From a virus (lineage: Duplodnaviria; Caudoviricetes), in the IMG/VR virus record IMGVR_UViG_3300009602_000006, positions 1 to 39,088 of that record: 39,088 nt of DNA. One strand, written 5' to 3'. The translations under genes were made by a program, and so were the position numbers. Under the pieces are notes generated by a model that was not told the origin of the DNA, searched no databases, and saw only the letters and a list, made by a program, of their open reading frames with translations. Below, piece by piece: positions 36,786 through 39,088 of this stretch. Position 1 is the first letter of the stretch. Every line of letters starts with the position of its first letter.

Positions 36786-36937
36786 GTGATATCCGTGGTG
36801 ACGGTCTTGGCCGTGGGGTGCATGGCTTTCACGGCGCCGAGAAACGCCGCTCGGGCTGCTGGTGAGCCGAACTCCATGACATGGGTGTCGGTGTCATCGT
36901 CCAGTGTCACCGCTGCAATGTATGGTCGGATGGGCAT
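36779..36937 (-). CDS. Hypothetical protein (52 aa)
   Basis: Not in the ORF track. AAGGAG RBS; MPIRPYIAAVTLDDDTDTHVMEF... Confidence 0.6.
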   Translation of the reverse strand: MPIRPYIAAVTLDDDTDTHVMEFGSPAARAAFLGAVKAMHPTAKTVTTDITC

Positions 36938-36964
36938 AATTCTCCTTATGTTTATAGCGTCTGT

Positions 36965-37150
36965 CTATAACATGAGCAACAGTGCCAAGAGATAAATGAC
37001 GACGCAACACAGTACCACGCCGCCGATGTCGGCAAGGATCGGCCCAGGCGCGCACTGCTCGCACACCGATCTAGGTAGACTCGTGGTGCCCAGCAGTACC
37101 CCGCATACGTCGCACCGTCGGAGCTGTACCCTCGCTCTAAGTATGGTCAT
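36965..37150 (-). CDS. Zinc ribbon plus TM small protein
   Basis: CDVC...CEQC followed by a hydrophobic C-terminus. Confidence 0.55.
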   Translation of the reverse strand: MTILRARVQLRRCDVCGVLLGTTSLPRSVCEQCAPGPILADIGGVVLCCVVIYLLALLLML

Positions 37151-37341
37151 GGCTCACCCTTAGTGTGTCCACCTGGATACGTCGATCCGTTGTTTGTCCA
37201 GGTAGCGTTCGGCCGCTGACGGTCTCGGTGCTCGCAAGCGCAGCCAGAGCCCCCAGAGGCCGGTGGGTTCGAGATGCATAAATATCCAGCTCCGGAGTCG
37301 GTGCATTTAGCGTTTCTTTCCGTTTGCCACGCGACGACCAT
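37147..37341 (-). CDS. Small Cys-containing protein
   Basis: AAGGAG RBS before ATG 37341; ATGA overlap downstream. Confidence 0.5.
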   Translation of the reverse strand: MVVAWQTERNAKCTDSGAGYLCISNPPASGGSGCACEHRDRQRPNATWTNNGSTYPGGHTKGEP

Positions 37342-37522
37342 GCCGCGCCCACTCCTTGCTACACACCAGACACAGCCAGCCGGCGGGGAGCCTTTCGACC
37401 ATGGAGGGGTCTGAATTTCCACAGTGTGGGCATGTTTGGGCCACCCCGGATGTGCCTGGACAGAGTTGGACGCTGCTGGTGGCGCTGACGATCCTCCCGT
37501 CCAGCGTCCAGTCAGCGATCAT
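37307..37522 (-). CDS. Zinc-ribbon protein
   Basis: CPHCGN...WLCLVC. Confidence 0.55.
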   Translation of the reverse strand: MIADWTLDGRIVSATSSVQLCPGTSGVAQTCPHCGNSDPSMVERLPAGWLCLVCSKEWARHGRRVANGKKR

Positions 37523-37724
37523 CGTCCCGGTATAGCTCGCCCTCAACGGGATCCGGCATCCAGCCGCATGACGGGCAGACCCAGCCGGCAGCTTGCGCTG
37601 TCATCGGGGTATCGCAGGGGTCGCCGTCCGGTAAGTCATTAGCTTGACATTCAGGGGGGTCTTCCGGCGGGTCCAGATTCCAATCTGGGAGCACGTCGCC
37701 CTGGGTGAGAAACACTGGTGCCAT
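37512..37724 (-). CDS. Acidic zinc-ribbon protein
   Basis: GAAAGGAC RBS; C...C...WVCPSCG. Confidence 0.6.
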   Translation of the reverse strand: MAPVFLTQGDVLPDWNLDPPEDPPECQANDLPDGDPCDTPMTAQAAGWVCPSCGWMPDPVEGELYRDDDR

Positions 37725-37757
37725 GTTGTCCTTTCGTCTGGGCGTGATTGCCCGCTC

Positions 37758-37998
37758 GCTCGTTCGTTGCTCGTTCTGCTCGTTTTTCCCCTAGGTTATG
37801 GCCTGGGCCGTCTGCCAGCCGATGACTTCGCTCAGATCAAGCATCAGCGCCTCCGACAGCGTGGCCTGCTTCGCTTTGTCTACTTTTTTAAGGGTGCTTT
37901 CTACGGTCTTGATCCATGCAGTTATACGGGTCTCCATGGTGTGTCCTTTCTCTTTTTAGCAATATTGCTCGTTGTCGCTCGCTCGTTACTCGCTCGTT
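37758..37998. repeat. Two clusters of three GCTCGTT heptamers
   Basis: Copies at 37758, 37769, 37778 and 37967, 37981, 37992. Confidence 0.75.
37791..37937 (-). CDS. Hypothetical protein (48 aa), possibly truncated
   Basis: GAAAGGAC RBS; METRITAWIKTVESTLKKV... Confidence 0.55.
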   Translation of the reverse strand: METRITAWIKTVESTLKKVDKAKQATLSEALMLDLSEVIGWQTAQAIT

Positions 37999-38113
37999 GC
38001 TTGTCCTGCTCGCTCGCTTCCGCCTCATATCTGAAGAATGCCTCCGGTATTTCACCGCTCGATGCGTACCACTGTCCTCGTCGGTATTGGAGGACGACGA
38101 GGTCTCCGCTTTG

Positions 38114-38351
38114 TCAGACATCGTCGCACCTGTATCCGACAGCACATCGACACGTTTCTACGCCGTTGCACTCGATGATGATTTTGAGTTTTTCATCGTA
38201 ACTCATCGCATCAAATTCCGGCTCGGTCATTGTCGCCGCAGGATCGATATGGTCCATCCACAGGGTCCAGTCGTCGGCAATCTGTTGAGTTGATGCGGCG
38301 ATCTATCGATAGTTTCTGCTCTCGTGTCAGTTCCGCGTATCGGTTCGCCAT
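38114..38351 (-). pseudogene. Frameshifted or fused early gene remnant
   Basis: The ATG at 38351 has an RBS and is stop-coupled, but the protein-like QIADDWTLWMDHIDPAATMTEPEFDAMSYDEKL lies in another frame behind a TAG. Confidence 0.45.
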
Positions 38352-38734
38352 CAAGTCCTTTCCTCGGTCGCATCGTCCAGGAGGCTCATAAGACGATCCG
38401 CTGTCTCGCTAGCCCACAGCTCGACGGCGCAGGATACATAAAGACACGCCAGGCCAGACCAGCTCATCTCGTCGGCCGGCTGTGTCGGCAGGTCGCCAAG
38501 CGCTGATATGATGTAGTTCAGGACACCGTCTGCGGTGTCCCCATGGTTCTGCATGGTTTCAGCGGCGACGTGGTACGTGACCCCTGGCATGTACGCGCCA
38601 CTAGCACACCCGCCCTGGACGATCGCGGCGATATCGGCCGGACTGATGTCCTGCTCGATCCATCTCGGGATGTGAATGTCATCAGTGTAGCTCGTGATGG
38701 GCTCGTCGTGGTTCCATAATGTAGTGACTGCCAT
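38351..38734 (-). CDS. Acidic early protein
   Basis: GGGAG RBS; GGCASGAYMPGVTY...AVELW. Confidence 0.75.
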   Translation of the reverse strand: MAVTTLWNHDEPITSYTDDIHIPRWIEQDISPADIAAIVQGGCASGAYMPGVTYHVAAETMQNHGDTADGVLNYIISALGDLPTQPADEMSWSGLACLYVSCAVELWASETADRLMSLLDDATEERT

Positions 38735-38737
38735 GGT

Positions 38738-38989
38738 CTATTCTCCCTCCATGGCTTCGCCGGCATCTGCCGCATCGAATCGGGCGTCAGGATCTGTCGC
38801 GTCTCGATATCCACTCTCCGCCCAGCAGGTATCATTACAGTACCGACCGGCATACACTCCGAAGCTATACCGCTCTTCTAGGTCATATCGCGGTTTTTCT
38901 TTTCCACAGGCGCCGCACCGAGCTGTCGGTGTATGCATTGATTGACTGGGCAAAGCATTGAAATTATAATGTTCCGGAAGATGTGCCAT
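38738..38989 (-). CDS. Cys-rich early protein with acidic tail
   Basis: AAGGA RBS before ATG 38989; CGAC...YCNDTCW. Confidence 0.65.
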   Translation of the reverse strand: MAHLPEHYNFNALPSQSMHTPTARCGACGKEKPRYDLEERYSFGVYAGRYCNDTCWAESGYRDATDPDARFDAADAGEAMEGE

Positions 38990-39088
38990 TGTCTTTTTCC
39001 TTAGCTGTCTGGGCCAGATTGCCCCCCCCGTCACCTATTGGACAACCCAGCCCCTGCGGCTGCATCGCCAACCTTGGATCGTCCAGCC
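38966..39088. repeat. Terminal direct repeat, copy 2
   Basis: Identical to 1-123. Confidence 0.95.

Noticed and set aside
37888-38145. Retropepsin-like DTGA motif (VLSDTGATMS)
   Set aside because: The rest of that frame is Ser/Arg-rich and not protease-like, and another frame looks coding, so the match is likely chance.

Overview
The window looks like one complete, circularly assembled tailed-phage genome of about 38,965 bp: bases 1-123 recur exactly at 38966-39088. It has podovirus-like organisation in two divergent arms. The + arm (1633-26896) carries an HTH regulator, terminase, portal, scaffold, major capsid, adaptor, tail fibre, a lipoprotein glycoside hydrolase, tail tube/nozzle, a GNAT protein, internal virion proteins (one with a lytic transglycosylase domain) and a holin-like gene. 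The - arm (1192 through the junction to 26920) carries many small early genes, an M15 peptidase, an ERF annealing protein, a PD-(D/E)XK nuclease, a replication initiator, HNH and VRR-NUC nucleases, and a truncated IS1595-like element with an intact restriction-modification pair. I recognised no integrase, ParA/ParB, tRNA, CRISPR array or reverse transcriptase. The most notable unexplained structures are a perfect chromosome-type parS palindrome between the divergent promoters, a single-ORF cassette bracketed by 22-bp repeated pseudo-palindromic sites beside the IS end, a helically phased 7x CTCCACC array, and several gene remnants concentrated in non-structural genes. All protein calls come from motif reading and gene order; no database searches were run.
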